A DNA stretch of 64,000 nt from an uncultured Spirochaetota bacterium (GCA_963768055.1 CAVYGN010000001.1:288001-352000); one strand, 5' to 3'; numbered from the stretch's first letter, positions 19,684 through 29,773 are shown. A program made the numbers and translations. Notes: generated by a model from the sequence alone, not told the origin.

Positions 19684-20658
19684 ATGAATGTCGCTATAAT
19701 CGGCTGCGGACTGATCGGGGAAAAGAGGGCGAGATCGCTCTGCGGCCATAAATTGGTGATCGTATCCGATAAAGACGGGAAAAGAGCCGATATTGTCAGC
19801 CGGATAAATAATCAGAACGCTATTGTCGCCAGGCATTGGGAAGAAGCGGCCGCTCATCCGGAGGTTGATATTGTCATTGTTTCAACAACGAACGATTCTT
19901 TAACGAGGATCGGATCATACGCCCTGGGCCATGATAAGCATGTTTTGATAGAAAAACCCGGGGCAAGGAATTCCGCAGAAATAGAACCCTTTTATAGGCA
20001 AAGCCTCAGTGTAAAAAAGAGGGTAAAAGTAGGTTTCAATTTACGGTATCATCCGGCGCTTTCAAAGGCTAAAAACATAATCGATTCGGGGGGGATCGGC
20101 GGATTGATGTTTATTCGAGGGCGGTACGGCCATGGCGGCAGGGCCGGGTATGATAAAGAATGGAGGGCAAACCCGGAAATTTCCGGGGGTGGAGAACTGA
20201 TCGACCAGGGCATTCACCTGATCGATTTATCCCGCTGGTTTATGGGGGATTTTGATATTATCGAAGGTTTCGCGTCTACATTTTTCTGGGATATGAAAGC
20301 GGACGATAACGGTTTTATTTCTTTAAGGAATGGGTCGGGCAGGGCTTCTTGGCTGCAGGTAAGCTGTACGGAATGGAAAAATATGTTTTGTCTTGAAATT
20401 TATGGGAAATATGGAAAACTCCAGATCGACGGACTTGGAGGAAGCTACGGGATTGAAACGCTCAAATTTTATAAAATGCTTCCGGAAATGGGGCCGCCTG
20501 AAACGACTATATGGGAATATCCGCAGGAAGACAGGTCCTGGGCGCTGGAGTTAAATGATTTTGTCGAAGCGATAGAAAAAAAAAGGGCTGTAAACGGCGA
20601 TTTAAACGATGCGTACCAGGCTCTGAAAATTGTCGATAAAATCTATGGGAGAATTTAA
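19684..20658 (+). CDS. Gfo/Idh/MocA family oxidoreductase
   Basis: IIGCGLIG, HVLIEKP, GFNLRY, GGGELIDQGIH. Confidence 0.9.
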   Translation: MNVAIIGCGLIGEKRARSLCGHKLVIVSDKDGKRADIVSRINNQNAIVARHWEEAAAHPEVDIVIVSTTNDSLTRIGSYALGHDKHVLIEKPGARNSAEIEPFYRQSLSVKKRVKVGFNLRYHPALSKAKNIIDSGGIGGLMFIRGRYGHGGRAGYDKEWRANPEISGGGELIDQGIHLIDLSRWFMGDFDIIEGFASTFFWDMKADDNGFISLRNGSGRASWLQVSCTEWKNMFCLEIYGKYGKLQIDGLGGSYGIETLKFYKMLPEMGPPETTIWEYPQEDRSWALELNDFVEAIEKKRAVNGDLNDAYQALKIVDKIYGRI

Positions 20659-21642
20659 ATGATAATTACCAGAAGTCCGCTGAGAATAACATTAGGAGGC
20701 GGAGGAACAGATCTCGCTTCTTATTATAATGAATTCGGCGGGTTTGTGATCGCTGCCGCGATCGATAAGTATATTTATATAACCCTGCATAAAACTTTTC
20801 AGCCCGGATATATAATAAAATACTCCCTGATGGAAAAAGTCATGGAAATTTCGGATATACAACATCCGATAATCAGGGAATCGCTGAAATTATTAGACTT
20901 GAAAGATAATTATATAGAACTTACAAGTATGGCGGATATTCCTTCCGGTACAGGCCTTGGCTCATCGAGCAGTTTCACGAGCGCTCTATTGAAAGCCCTT
21001 CATGTCTATAAAAGGGATTTTATTCATCCGAAAGAACTTGCCGAAGAGGCCTGCGATATTGAAATTAATAAACTCGGAGAACCGATAGGAAAGCAGGACC
21101 AGTACATTTCAACGTACGGAGGTTTAACCTGCTTCGACTTTAACCGGGATGGAAGTGTAGGGTCATATCCTTTAAGGATCGATAAAGAGACATTATATGA
21201 CCTGGAGGATAATCTGCTGCTGTTTTTTACAGGTTTTTCCAGAAGCGCTTCTTCGATATTAAAGGAACAAAACGATAAAAGTATTGAAAAAAATATCGAT
21301 ATGATAGAAAACCTTCATTTTGTAAAAGACCTGGGATTAAAAAGCAAGGAGGCTTTAGAAAAGGGCGATTTAACTAACTTCGGAGAATTGATGAATATTC
21401 ATTGGGAACATAAGAAAAAAAGATCGGGTTCTATTTCGAACCCGAAGATAAATGAATGGTACGACCTTGCCTTAAAGAACGGGGCTGCAGGAGGCAAACT
21501 TATCGGCGCCGGCGGAGGAGGTTTTCTGATGTTTTATGCCAAAGATAAGATCAAGTTAAGACATGCATTAATGAACGAAGGCCTTGAAGAAATCCGCTTC
21601 AGATTCGATTACGAGGGAACAAAGGTTGTTACGGAATCATGA
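20659..21642 (+). CDS. hddA: GHMP sugar kinase (HddA-like heptose-7-phosphate kinase)
   Basis: PLRITLGGGGTD, PSGTGLGSSS, GKQDQY, GGKLIGAGGGGF. Confidence 0.85.
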   Translation: MIITRSPLRITLGGGGTDLASYYNEFGGFVIAAAIDKYIYITLHKTFQPGYIIKYSLMEKVMEISDIQHPIIRESLKLLDLKDNYIELTSMADIPSGTGLGSSSSFTSALLKALHVYKRDFIHPKELAEEACDIEINKLGEPIGKQDQYISTYGGLTCFDFNRDGSVGSYPLRIDKETLYDLEDNLLLFFTGFSRSASSILKEQNDKSIEKNIDMIENLHFVKDLGLKSKEALEKGDLTNFGELMNIHWEHKKKRSGSISNPKINEWYDLALKNGAAGGKLIGAGGGGFLMFYAKDKIKLRHALMNEGLEEIRFRFDYEGTKVVTES

Positions 21643-22361
21643 TAAATGATATCGCCGTTTTAGCAGGCGGCCTTGCGACCCGCCTTTATCCTGTAACACA
21701 AAAGATGCCTAAATCGATGATAGATATTAACGGGAAGCCTTTTGTGCATCATCAGCTGGAATTATTAAAGAAAAACGGTCTGGAGCATGTAGTATTGTGC
21801 ATCGGATATATGGGCGGGATGATACAGGATTACGTTAAGGACGGGAGGCGATTCGGTTTAAAGGTCACATATTCTTTTGACGGGGATAACCTCCTTGGAA
21901 CAGGCGGGGCGATAAAAAAAGCCCTTCCGGAACTGCACGAAGTCTTTTTTGTGATGTACGGAGATTCTTATTTACCGGCAGGCTTTCTACCCGTATCGGA
22001 TTATTTTTTGAGGCATAATAAAAAAGCGCTGATGACGATTATAAAAAACGATAATAAATGGGACAAAAGCAACGTTGTTTTCAATAACGGGGCAATTACC
22101 GGGTATAATAAGAAGGTTACGGTACCTGAAATGAAATATATTGATTACGGACTGGGCATTTTCAGGAGAGCATGTTTTGACGGGATTAAAGAAAATGAAA
22201 TTGCGGACCTTGCAGATGTTTATAAGGGCCTGGCGTCTGAAAACGAACTTATAGGATACGAGGTTGAAGAAAGGTTTTACGAAATAGGATCGTTTAAGGG
22301 CATAGAAGAAACAAAAAAGCATTTAAGCAGCTTAAACACCGAGCTTGAAATTAAAGCATGA
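21639..22361 (+). CDS. hddC: Sugar-1-phosphate nucleotidyltransferase (HddC-like)
   Basis: LAGGLATRL, PKSM, LGTGGAI, YGDSY; heptose operon context. Confidence 0.8.
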   Translation: MINDIAVLAGGLATRLYPVTQKMPKSMIDINGKPFVHHQLELLKKNGLEHVVLCIGYMGGMIQDYVKDGRRFGLKVTYSFDGDNLLGTGGAIKKALPELHEVFFVMYGDSYLPAGFLPVSDYFLRHNKKALMTIIKNDNKWDKSNVVFNNGAITGYNKKVTVPEMKYIDYGLGIFRRACFDGIKENEIADLADVYKGLASENELIGYEVEERFYEIGSFKGIEETKKHLSSLNTELEIKA

Positions 22362-22383
22362 ATTTAAAATTACGGAGACCGGA

Positions 22384-22989
22384 ATGGATATTAAAGCATA
22401 CATTGAAACATTCTTGATGAATGTAATTAAAATCGCTGAAAAAATCGATAAAAGCTCCATAGAAAAGGCGGTTAATGTTCTTCTTGAAATAAAAAAGAAA
22501 CAGGGAAGGCTTTTTATACTCGGGGTGGGGGGGAGCGCCGGAAACGCCGGCCATGCCGTTAATGATTTCAGAAAACTGGCCGGCCTGGAATCTTATGCTC
22601 CGACCGATAATGTTTCCGAACTGACCGCGCGTATAAACGACGACGGCTGGGATACTGTTTTTGTAAATTGGCTGAAGGGAAGCCGGCTCAATTCTAACGA
22701 CGGAATTCTTGTTATTTCAGTGGGCGGCGGGAGCGAGGAAAAAAATATAAGCGTAAATATAGTTAAAGCCTTGAAATATGCCAAAGAGGCCGGTTCAAAG
22801 GTGATAGGACTTGTAGGCAGGGACGGCGGTTTTACGGCTAAGGCGGCGGATGCGTCTGTTTTAATCCCGGTTGCGGATGAGTGCATGGTTACGCCTTTGA
22901 CGGAGTCGTATCATGCCGTCGTATGGCACATGCTGGTTTCCCACCCCGCATTAAAGGACAATGACGCGAAATGGGAGTCGACAAAGTAA
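22384..22989 (+). CDS. gmhA: Sedoheptulose-7-phosphate isomerase (SIS domain, GmhA-like)
   Basis: GVGGSAGNAGH, LTARINDDG, GLVGRDGG; ATG 22384 follows a GGAG RBS. Confidence 0.82.
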   Translation: MDIKAYIETFLMNVIKIAEKIDKSSIEKAVNVLLEIKKKQGRLFILGVGGSAGNAGHAVNDFRKLAGLESYAPTDNVSELTARINDDGWDTVFVNWLKGSRLNSNDGILVISVGGGSEEKNISVNIVKALKYAKEAGSKVIGLVGRDGGFTAKAADASVLIPVADECMVTPLTESYHAVVWHMLVSHPALKDNDAKWESTK

Positions 22990-23568
22990 ATGATTAAAGC
23001 TATTTTTCTTGACAGGGACGGGGTAATAAACAAGCCGGTATTGAACCTTTCTAACGGCGAATTTGAGCCGCCGCACAGGGTAAAGGATTTAAATTTGTAT
23101 CCATGGGCCCTGGAAAGTTTAAAATTAGCCCTTGAAAACGGTTTTTCTCTTTTTTTGGTCTCCAACCAGCCGGATTATGCGAAAGGAAAATGCAGCCTTG
23201 AAGATTTGACGGAAGTCCATAACAGGCTGGATGAAATACTTAAGCAAAACGGAATAAACTTTAAGGAATATTACTATTGCTACCACCATCCTGCAGGAAT
23301 AACGGCAGGATATAAGGGGCAATGCGGCTGCAGGAAACCCGAGCCCTATTTTTTGAAAAAGGCCGAAAAGTCATATGGAATCGATATGAGTTTATCCTGG
23401 ATGATAGGCGACAGGGAAACGGATATTATCTGCGGAAAAAATGCGGGCGTGCGCACGATCCTCGTCAGTAGCGAAGAACAGACTCTTTCTTCCGGCAGCG
23501 TCAGCGATTTTACCGCGGATAATCTCCTGGATGCGGTAAGGCTGATTATCGATAAAAAGAAATTATAG
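22990..23568 (+). CDS. gmhB: Heptose-1,7-bisphosphate phosphatase (HAD, GmhB-like)
   Basis: FLDRDGVIN, SNQ, CYHHP...CGCRKP, MIGDRETD. Confidence 0.9.
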   Translation: MIKAIFLDRDGVINKPVLNLSNGEFEPPHRVKDLNLYPWALESLKLALENGFSLFLVSNQPDYAKGKCSLEDLTEVHNRLDEILKQNGINFKEYYYCYHHPAGITAGYKGQCGCRKPEPYFLKKAEKSYGIDMSLSWMIGDRETDIICGKNAGVRTILVSSEEQTLSSGSVSDFTADNLLDAVRLIIDKKKL

Positions 23569-23578
23569 GAATGAGATT

Positions 23579-24286
23579 ATGTTAAATTTAAAGATTAAAA
23601 TCTTCTCGGACGGAGCGAAGATCGACGATATGCTGAAAGCCTATAAAGAAGGGTCGGTAAGCGGCTTTACAACAAACCCGACGCTTATGAAGCAGGCCGG
23701 GGTCTTTGATTACGAGGCTTTCGCCAGGGAAGCGTTATCTGAGATAAAAGACCTGCCGATTTCCTTCGAGGTTTTCTCCGACGACTTCGAATCCATGGAA
23801 ATGGAGGCGAAAAAGATCGCCGGCTGGGGAAAAAATGTTTACGTCAAGATACCTATAACCAATACGAAGGGCGAATCCTCGATACAGTTGATTAAAAAGT
23901 TGAATGACGAGGGGTTATCTTTAAATATTACGGCAGTTATGCCTATAGAACAGGTTGAAGCCGTTGCAAAAGCGGTAAATCCCGGGGTTAAGAATATTGT
24001 TTCAATATTTGCCGGTAGAATAGCCGATACGGGCCGCGATCCGGTGCTTATCATGAAGAAGGCGGTTGAAATATGCAGAAAAAACCCTAACCTGGAAGTG
24101 TTATGGGCCAGCCCCAGGGAGCTTTTAAACATATTCCAGGCGGAAGAAGCAGGCTGCCATATTATCACGGTATTGCCGGATGTTTTGAAAAAGCTCGCGC
24201 TTGTCGGCAAGGATCTTAATGAATATTCGCTCGATACAGTGAAAATGTTTTATAACGACGCGAAGAGCGCAGGGTATAAGATTTAA
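23579..24286 (+). CDS. tal: Transaldolase (short TalC/Fsa type)
   Basis: GFTTNPTLM, YVKIP, NITAV, SIFAGRIAD, LWASPR. Confidence 0.9.
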   Translation: MLNLKIKIFSDGAKIDDMLKAYKEGSVSGFTTNPTLMKQAGVFDYEAFAREALSEIKDLPISFEVFSDDFESMEMEAKKIAGWGKNVYVKIPITNTKGESSIQLIKKLNDEGLSLNITAVMPIEQVEAVAKAVNPGVKNIVSIFAGRIADTGRDPVLIMKKAVEICRKNPNLEVLWASPRELLNIFQAEEAGCHIITVLPDVLKKLALVGKDLNEYSLDTVKMFYNDAKSAGYKI

Positions 24287-24426
24287 ACTCAATCATCATA
24301 CTAATCTTTGTACGAAGACAATTTTTTATCTCGCGTATTCGAAAACTTGAACTGCATCATCTCAAAACGGCGGCAGCGTTTGATTCAATACTTTTAAACT
24401 TTTATAAGCTATTTAGTAGAAATTAT

Positions 24427-25269
24427 CTATTTTAATAATTCCGAAAGAATTTCTGAATTTATTAATAATTCATTATTCATTATTTCTTCAAAAGAACCGT
24501 TTTTTTTAATTATATTAAGAATTGTATACATTGATTTTAATGATGAAGAAATTAAAATCGAAGGAAGGCTTACCCTTTCAACCCCGTATTCAATACAGTC
24601 GTTTATACTGAATTCAGTAATATTATACGGCATCCCTGCCGCAATACTGATACGTCCCTTGATTTCCTTTTTAAGAAGCCTGATTTCATCTTTCGTTCTT
24701 ATATTAGTAACAAAACAAATATCTGAACCTGATTCCAGATATTTATTTCCCCTGTCAATGGCTATTTTTAGCGCCTCATTCCTGTTTTCAGTGGATTTTA
24801 AAGCGTCAGTCCTCGCATTTAGAATGAAATCAGGAATATTTAATTCTTTTTTAATTTCAATTATTTTATTGATTTTATCGGTCATTGTATTTATAGATAC
24901 AATTTTTTCAATTTTATCAGTGTTCCATAAATTTTGATCCTCAATATTAATTCCGGAAATACCGGTGTTAATAAATTTAATTAAGTTATTTTTGAAAAAC
25001 TCGTTACTTCCATATCCGTCTTCACCGTCCGCCATTACAGGTATATTAACGGCATTTACAATTTCCCGGGTGATTGAAATGTTTTCATCAATTGATATAA
25101 GATCCTCATGCTTATATTTTTTTGAAACCGAGAAACTATAACCGGAACATTGAACCGCTTTAAACCCCGCAAGTTCTATCAGCCTGGCAGAAATACCATT
25201 ATAGGCATCCGGTACTATCAGTGTTTCCTTATTTGATAACAGATTTTTGAGCATTTTGTATTTATTCAT
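24427..25269 (-). CDS. Isocitrate lyase/PEP mutase superfamily protein
   Basis: PDAYNGISAR, PVMADGEDGYG, GINIEDQ, LNARTDA; no KRCGH loop; very AT-rich. Confidence 0.85.
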   Translation of the reverse strand: MNKYKMLKNLLSNKETLIVPDAYNGISARLIELAGFKAVQCSGYSFSVSKKYKHEDLISIDENISITREIVNAVNIPVMADGEDGYGSNEFFKNNLIKFINTGISGINIEDQNLWNTDKIEKIVSINTMTDKINKIIEIKKELNIPDFILNARTDALKSTENRNEALKIAIDRGNKYLESGSDICFVTNIRTKDEIRLLKKEIKGRISIAAGMPYNITEFSINDCIEYGVERVSLPSILISSSLKSMYTILNIIKKNGSFEEIMNNELLINSEILSELLK

Positions 25270-25526
25270 TATCTGTCTCCCAAAAATATAATTTTATATC
25301 TAAATCGGAATTTCCCATTTAGCATCCTGGAACTCCAAAATTATGGTTCAAAGTCCTTGATTTTTTTATTTTAATTAGCTAATTTTCCATTGTCAATGAT
25401 TTATGATTCATTAAGCCATTGGTATTCATAGTTCTTCTTCAATATCAATAATTTTCTTAAGACCAATAACAGTTACCTCTTCGCTTATTCATTTCACTTT
25501 GAAATCACCGGTTCCGCCGCTTTTAC

Positions 25527-25555
25527 TTGAGAATTTTCATATTTTGCCATATAAT
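25527..25555 (+). promoter_or_regulatory. Putative sigma70 promoter of the glutamate synthase operon
   Basis: TTGAGA-17 bp-TATAAT, 26 bp before ATG 25582. Confidence 0.55.
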
Positions 25556-25581
25556 ATCGAACCTTTTTTCAGGAGAAAACA

Positions 25582-26409
25582 ATGAATTCCATAGATGCGG
25601 CTAAATTGCATTATAAAGTCCTGAACACGATGATATTCGACTCGATAAACGGCGGCGAAAACCATATCGAGGTCAGGAATGTCATGGGCCACAGGTATAT
25701 CGGGGACGGACTTCGAGGAAACGGCATTAAAATAGACATTTACGGAACGGCCGGAAACGACCTGGCCGCTTTCATGAACGGCCCGGTCATCAATGTGTAC
25801 GGAAACGCCCAGGACGGCATCGGAAATACTATGAATTCAGGCAGGATATTCGTTCATGGGGACGCCGGGGACGTCCTTTTTTACGGCATGAGGGGCGGCG
25901 AGGTATATATCAAGGGCAATGTGGGCTACCGCGTAGGGATACACATGAAGGAGTACATGAATTTCATACCCAAGGTCGTGATCGGCGGCTGCGCCGGCGA
26001 CTTTTTCGGGGAATATATGGCCGGGGGGAATCTTGTCATTCTCGGCCTCAATGCGGGGAAGGCCCCGGTCCTCGGAAATTATGCGGCTACCGGAATGCAT
26101 GGCGGCCGGATTTATATCCGGGGGAAGGTCGATCCCTCCAGGACAGGAAAGGAGACAAAGTCGTTCGATATCGATGAGGAAGATTTGAAAATATTAAAGC
26201 CTCTTATCGGGGAATTTTGCTCCGCTTTCGGGTATGACAGCGGGAAGATCCTGAAAGACAGGTTTACAAAACTCATTCCCGTGAGCAAGAGGCCGTACGG
26301 AAAGCACTATGTGCCAAGCTGGCACACGATCACCGACAGGAAATCGATAGTGCCCGGCTCTTTTGAAGATAACGGTTATCCCGCCGTCAGGAATGTAAGG
26401 GACAGATAA
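25582..26409 (+). CDS. Glutamate synthase C-terminal GXGXG beta-helix subunit (GltB domain 3/GlxC-like)
   Basis: GNAQDGIGNTMNSG, YGMRGG, GDFFGEYMAGG, GMHGG. Confidence 0.88.
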   Translation: MNSIDAAKLHYKVLNTMIFDSINGGENHIEVRNVMGHRYIGDGLRGNGIKIDIYGTAGNDLAAFMNGPVINVYGNAQDGIGNTMNSGRIFVHGDAGDVLFYGMRGGEVYIKGNVGYRVGIHMKEYMNFIPKVVIGGCAGDFFGEYMAGGNLVILGLNAGKAPVLGNYAATGMHGGRIYIRGKVDPSRTGKETKSFDIDEEDLKILKPLIGEFCSAFGYDSGKILKDRFTKLIPVSKRPYGKHYVPSWHTITDRKSIVPGSFEDNGYPAVRNVRDR

Positions 26410-26425
26410 ATTTCAGGAGGAAACG

Positions 26426-27904
26426 ATGCTCTATCAGCCTAATGTTTCCAATTATTACGATTTTAAGGTTGTAAGAGATCAGGATAGATGCCTTAAATGC
26501 CAGGGTTGCGTGACTCAATGCTCGTATGATGCGAATTTCTGGGATAAAGACAGGCAGAAAATAGACTCGATACACAGCAAGTGCGTAGGCTGCCACCGCT
26601 GCGAGGCGTACTGCCCGACCGACGCAATTTCTATTCAGCGAAATCCGTCGGAATTCAGGGAAAACGGATACTGGTCGAAAGGGGACATAAAGAACATATA
26701 CCTGAACGCCGAATCGGGGGCTATAGTGGTAACCGGAATGGGCAACGATCTTGCCACCCAGCCCGTGTATTTCGACAGGATACTCTTCGACGCCTGCCAG
26801 GTAACGAATCCTTCCATCGATCCCCTGAGGGAACCGATGGAACTCACAACACATCTTGGCAATAAATCGGGAAAGCTGCTAAGGCTTGAAGTGCCTATTA
26901 TATTCGGGCCCATGTCTTACGGTTCGATCAATTTAAACGTACAGAAAGCGCTTGCAGCGTCCGCCAGGCGACATGGGACGTTATGGAGCACCGGAGAGGG
27001 AGGTCTTCACAGGGACCTTTACGAGTACGGCCCTAACACGATCGTTCAGGTCGCTTCGGGAAGGTTCGGGGTCCATGAAGAATACCTGAAAGCAGGCGCT
27101 TCGATAGAGATAAAGATCGGCCAGGGGGCTAAACCCGGGATAGGCGGCCATCTTCCCGGAGAAAAGGTAGTCGAGGACGTTTCAAAAACAAGGATGATCC
27201 CGCTGGGCAGCGACGCTATATCGCCGGCGCCCCATCATGATATATATTCGATCGAAGACCTGAGGCAGCTTATATACGCTTTAAAGGAAGCGACGCGTTA
27301 TGAAAAACCGGTAGGTGTCAAGGTTTCCGCAGTTCATAATATCGCGGCCATAGCTTCGGGCATCGCCCGTGCAGGGGCCGATATAATCGTAATAGACGGA
27401 TACCGCGGCGGTACGGGGGCGACCCCCCTTATCGTCCGGGACCATACCGGCATTCCTATCGAACTTGCAATCGCGGTTGTCGACGAGAGATTGAGGCAGG
27501 AGGGCATCAGGGAGAACGTGGGCCTTATAGCCGCAGGCGGCATCAGGAGCGCGGCCGATTCGCTGAAAGCAATCGGGCTGGGAGCAGACGCGGTTTACAT
27601 ATCCACCGCGGCTTTGATCGCCGTGGGCTGCACCCTCTGCCAGCAGTGCCATACAGGGCGCTGCGCCTGGGGGATTACCACTAACGATTCATGCCTTTCG
27701 AAAAGGCAGAACCCTGAAATTGCCGCGGAGCTGATCTCAAACCTCTTAAGGGCATGGGAGATCGAAATGAAAGAAGTCCTCGGCAGCATGGGTTTGAACG
27801 CTATAGAAAGCCTCAGGGGCAACAAGGAAAGGCTCCGCGCCGTCGGGATGACCGAAAGCGAAATGCAGGTCCTCGGCGTCAAACAGGCCGGACTGGGAAT
27901 GTAG
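26426..27904 (+). CDS. Glutamate synthase FMN-binding subunit with N-terminal 2x[4Fe-4S] (archaeal-type GltB2)
   Basis: Two CxxCxxCxxxC motifs, MSYGS, QVASGRFGV, EIKIGQGAKPGIGGHLPG, SPAPHHDIYSIEDL, CTLCQQCHTGRC. Confidence 0.93.
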   Translation: MLYQPNVSNYYDFKVVRDQDRCLKCQGCVTQCSYDANFWDKDRQKIDSIHSKCVGCHRCEAYCPTDAISIQRNPSEFRENGYWSKGDIKNIYLNAESGAIVVTGMGNDLATQPVYFDRILFDACQVTNPSIDPLREPMELTTHLGNKSGKLLRLEVPIIFGPMSYGSINLNVQKALAASARRHGTLWSTGEGGLHRDLYEYGPNTIVQVASGRFGVHEEYLKAGASIEIKIGQGAKPGIGGHLPGEKVVEDVSKTRMIPLGSDAISPAPHHDIYSIEDLRQLIYALKEATRYEKPVGVKVSAVHNIAAIASGIARAGADIIVIDGYRGGTGATPLIVRDHTGIPIELAIAVVDERLRQEGIRENVGLIAAGGIRSAADSLKAIGLGADAVYISTAALIAVGCTLCQQCHTGRCAWGITTNDSCLSKRQNPEIAAELISNLLRAWEIEMKEVLGSMGLNAIESLRGNKERLRAVGMTESEMQVLGVKQAGLGM

Positions 27905-27912
27905 GAGGAACA

Positions 27913-28443
27913 GTGAAAAGAGTTTATCCGATAGAGGACTATTGCGTCGCCTGCCATCTGTGCGAAGTTGCCTGCATAGTCGAACATTCGAAATCAAGGA
28001 ATTTATTTTACGCTTTTTCTGAAAAACCCAAGGTAAATTCTAAAATAGAAGTAGAAATGGAAGGACCGCTCTCGTTTTCAGCTAACTGCAGGATTTGCGA
28101 GCATGCCGAATGCGTCGAGGCATGTCCGGTCGCCGCGATGTGGCGGGACGATTCGACCGGGCTTGTCAGGGTCGAGGACAAACGCTGTATCGGATGCTGG
28201 ATGTGCGTAATGGCCTGCCCTCAGGGTTCCATTACTACCCGCGAGGACCGGGAGGAAAATCTCCGCATTGCCGATAAATGCGACCTCTGCGCCGGGAGGG
28301 ACAGCGGGCCGGCATGCGTAGAAGCCTGCCCGAACGACGCACTCGTTTTCGAGGACAGGGATGAGATGGCGAAGGACAGGCGGACTCTCAAGGGGTCCAT
28401 GCATGCCTTTATCGAAGGCGACGATATGGCGATCCAGGAATAA
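27913..28443 (+). CDS. 4Fe-4S dicluster ferredoxin-like subunit
   Basis: CVACHLCEVAC, CRICEHAECVEACP, CIGCWMCVMACP, CDLC...CVEACP; GTG start at 27913 follows an AGGAGG RBS. Confidence 0.88.
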   Translation: MKRVYPIEDYCVACHLCEVACIVEHSKSRNLFYAFSEKPKVNSKIEVEMEGPLSFSANCRICEHAECVEACPVAAMWRDDSTGLVRVEDKRCIGCWMCVMACPQGSITTREDREENLRIADKCDLCAGRDSGPACVEACPNDALVFEDRDEMAKDRRTLKGSMHAFIEGDDMAIQE

Positions 28444-28458
28444 CGGAGGAGTGCGGCA

Positions 28459-29751
28459 ATGAAAACGAAGTATCTCAGCATAGGCTATTCCGCCGGCGCC
28501 ATAGGCATGATCGAAGCGATAAGGCAATACGATAAAAAATCAAAAATTCTCGCCCTCACGAAAGAGAATTTCACGGCCTATGGAAGGCCCGCAATCGTCG
28601 ATTACGCTATGGGAAAGATCGGCGATGACGGCATAGCATATAAAGGTAAAGATTACTCTGAATACAGGGGGGTCGAAGCGATGCTCGGCAGGGAGGCCCT
28701 TAAGATAAATCCCGGCCTTCATACCGTCGAAATTTCCGGGGGAAAGACCGTAGAATATGAAAAACTGCTTTTGAATATGGGCGGAAAGCCTATAAGCCCG
28801 CCGATCCCCGGAAAGAACCTGCCCGGAGTCATGTATTTTTTCAGTATTGACGACGCCAGGAAAATGAGGAAAATGGTCATCGAAGAAAGGGCAAAAAGGG
28901 CGGTAGTTATCGGCGGAGGCCTGATCGGCCTGAAAGCCACCGAAGCCCTTTCCCATTTAGGAGTAAAGGTATCTATAGTCGAGCTTGCGCCGGTTATACT
29001 TTCAAGGGGACTCGACCCCGTGGGCTCGGACCTGATGACAAAAAAGCTCTGTGAATTCGGGGTCGATATTTACACTAAAGACGAGGTTGTCGAGATAACC
29101 GGGGATAAAAAAGTCAGGAAAGTAAGACTTAAAAGCGGCCTGACTATAGATACCGACCTGGTCTTTATATCTATAGGAGTAACTCCCGATACCCTCCTGG
29201 CCGAGAATTGCGGAGTCAAGGCCTCGAAGGGGATCGAAGTCGACAGGAAAATGAAAACCAATATAGAGGACATATATTCTGCGGGGGATGCCGCAAAGGG
29301 TTATAATTTTGTGTCGAAGGAGAACATGGTAATAGCGATCTGGCCGGTCGCCAGAAAAATGGGCTATTTCGCGGGCTTGAATATGATGGGGATCGATTGC
29401 GAATATGACGGTTCGATACCGATGAATTCCCTTTATTTCGACGATCTTTATACGATCTCTTTCGGCGAAACAAACCCCCCTTCGGGCTCTTCGTCCTATG
29501 AAATCCTGGAGAGATTTTACGATAAAAAGACTTACAGGAAAATTTTCATAAAGGACGGCCTTATCGCCGGGGCGGTATTCGTCGGCGATATTTCAAGGTC
29601 CGGAATCGTTAAGGGCCTTATTTATGAAAAGATCCCGGTTGCTCCATTCAAGGATAAATTGCTTAAAAAAGATTTCTCCTTTATAAACACGCCGAAAAAG
29701 TACAGGGAACTTATATATACCTTTCCATTCAAGGACCTTGAAGCTAAATAA
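28459..29751 (+). CDS. NAD(P)/FAD-dependent oxidoreductase (pyridine nucleotide-disulfide family)
   Basis: VVIGGGLIGL, IYSAGD; context of the split glutamate synthase. Confidence 0.88.
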   Translation: MKTKYLSIGYSAGAIGMIEAIRQYDKKSKILALTKENFTAYGRPAIVDYAMGKIGDDGIAYKGKDYSEYRGVEAMLGREALKINPGLHTVEISGGKTVEYEKLLLNMGGKPISPPIPGKNLPGVMYFFSIDDARKMRKMVIEERAKRAVVIGGGLIGLKATEALSHLGVKVSIVELAPVILSRGLDPVGSDLMTKKLCEFGVDIYTKDEVVEITGDKKVRKVRLKSGLTIDTDLVFISIGVTPDTLLAENCGVKASKGIEVDRKMKTNIEDIYSAGDAAKGYNFVSKENMVIAIWPVARKMGYFAGLNMMGIDCEYDGSIPMNSLYFDDLYTISFGETNPPSGSSSYEILERFYDKKTYRKIFIKDGLIAGAVFVGDISRSGIVKGLIYEKIPVAPFKDKLLKKDFSFINTPKKYRELIYTFPFKDLEAK

Positions 29752-29773
29752 GGCTTTAGGGCGGAAGCACCCA

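Noticed and set aside
24287..24426. Possible integron attC site after the AT-rich PEP-mutase-like gene
   Set aside because: No proper RYYYAAC/GTTRRRY pair with internal symmetry, and no integrase.
27754..27912. N-terminal extension of the ferredoxin ORF
   Set aside because: Overlaps the GltB2 gene; GTG 27913 with an AGGAGG RBS is the better start.
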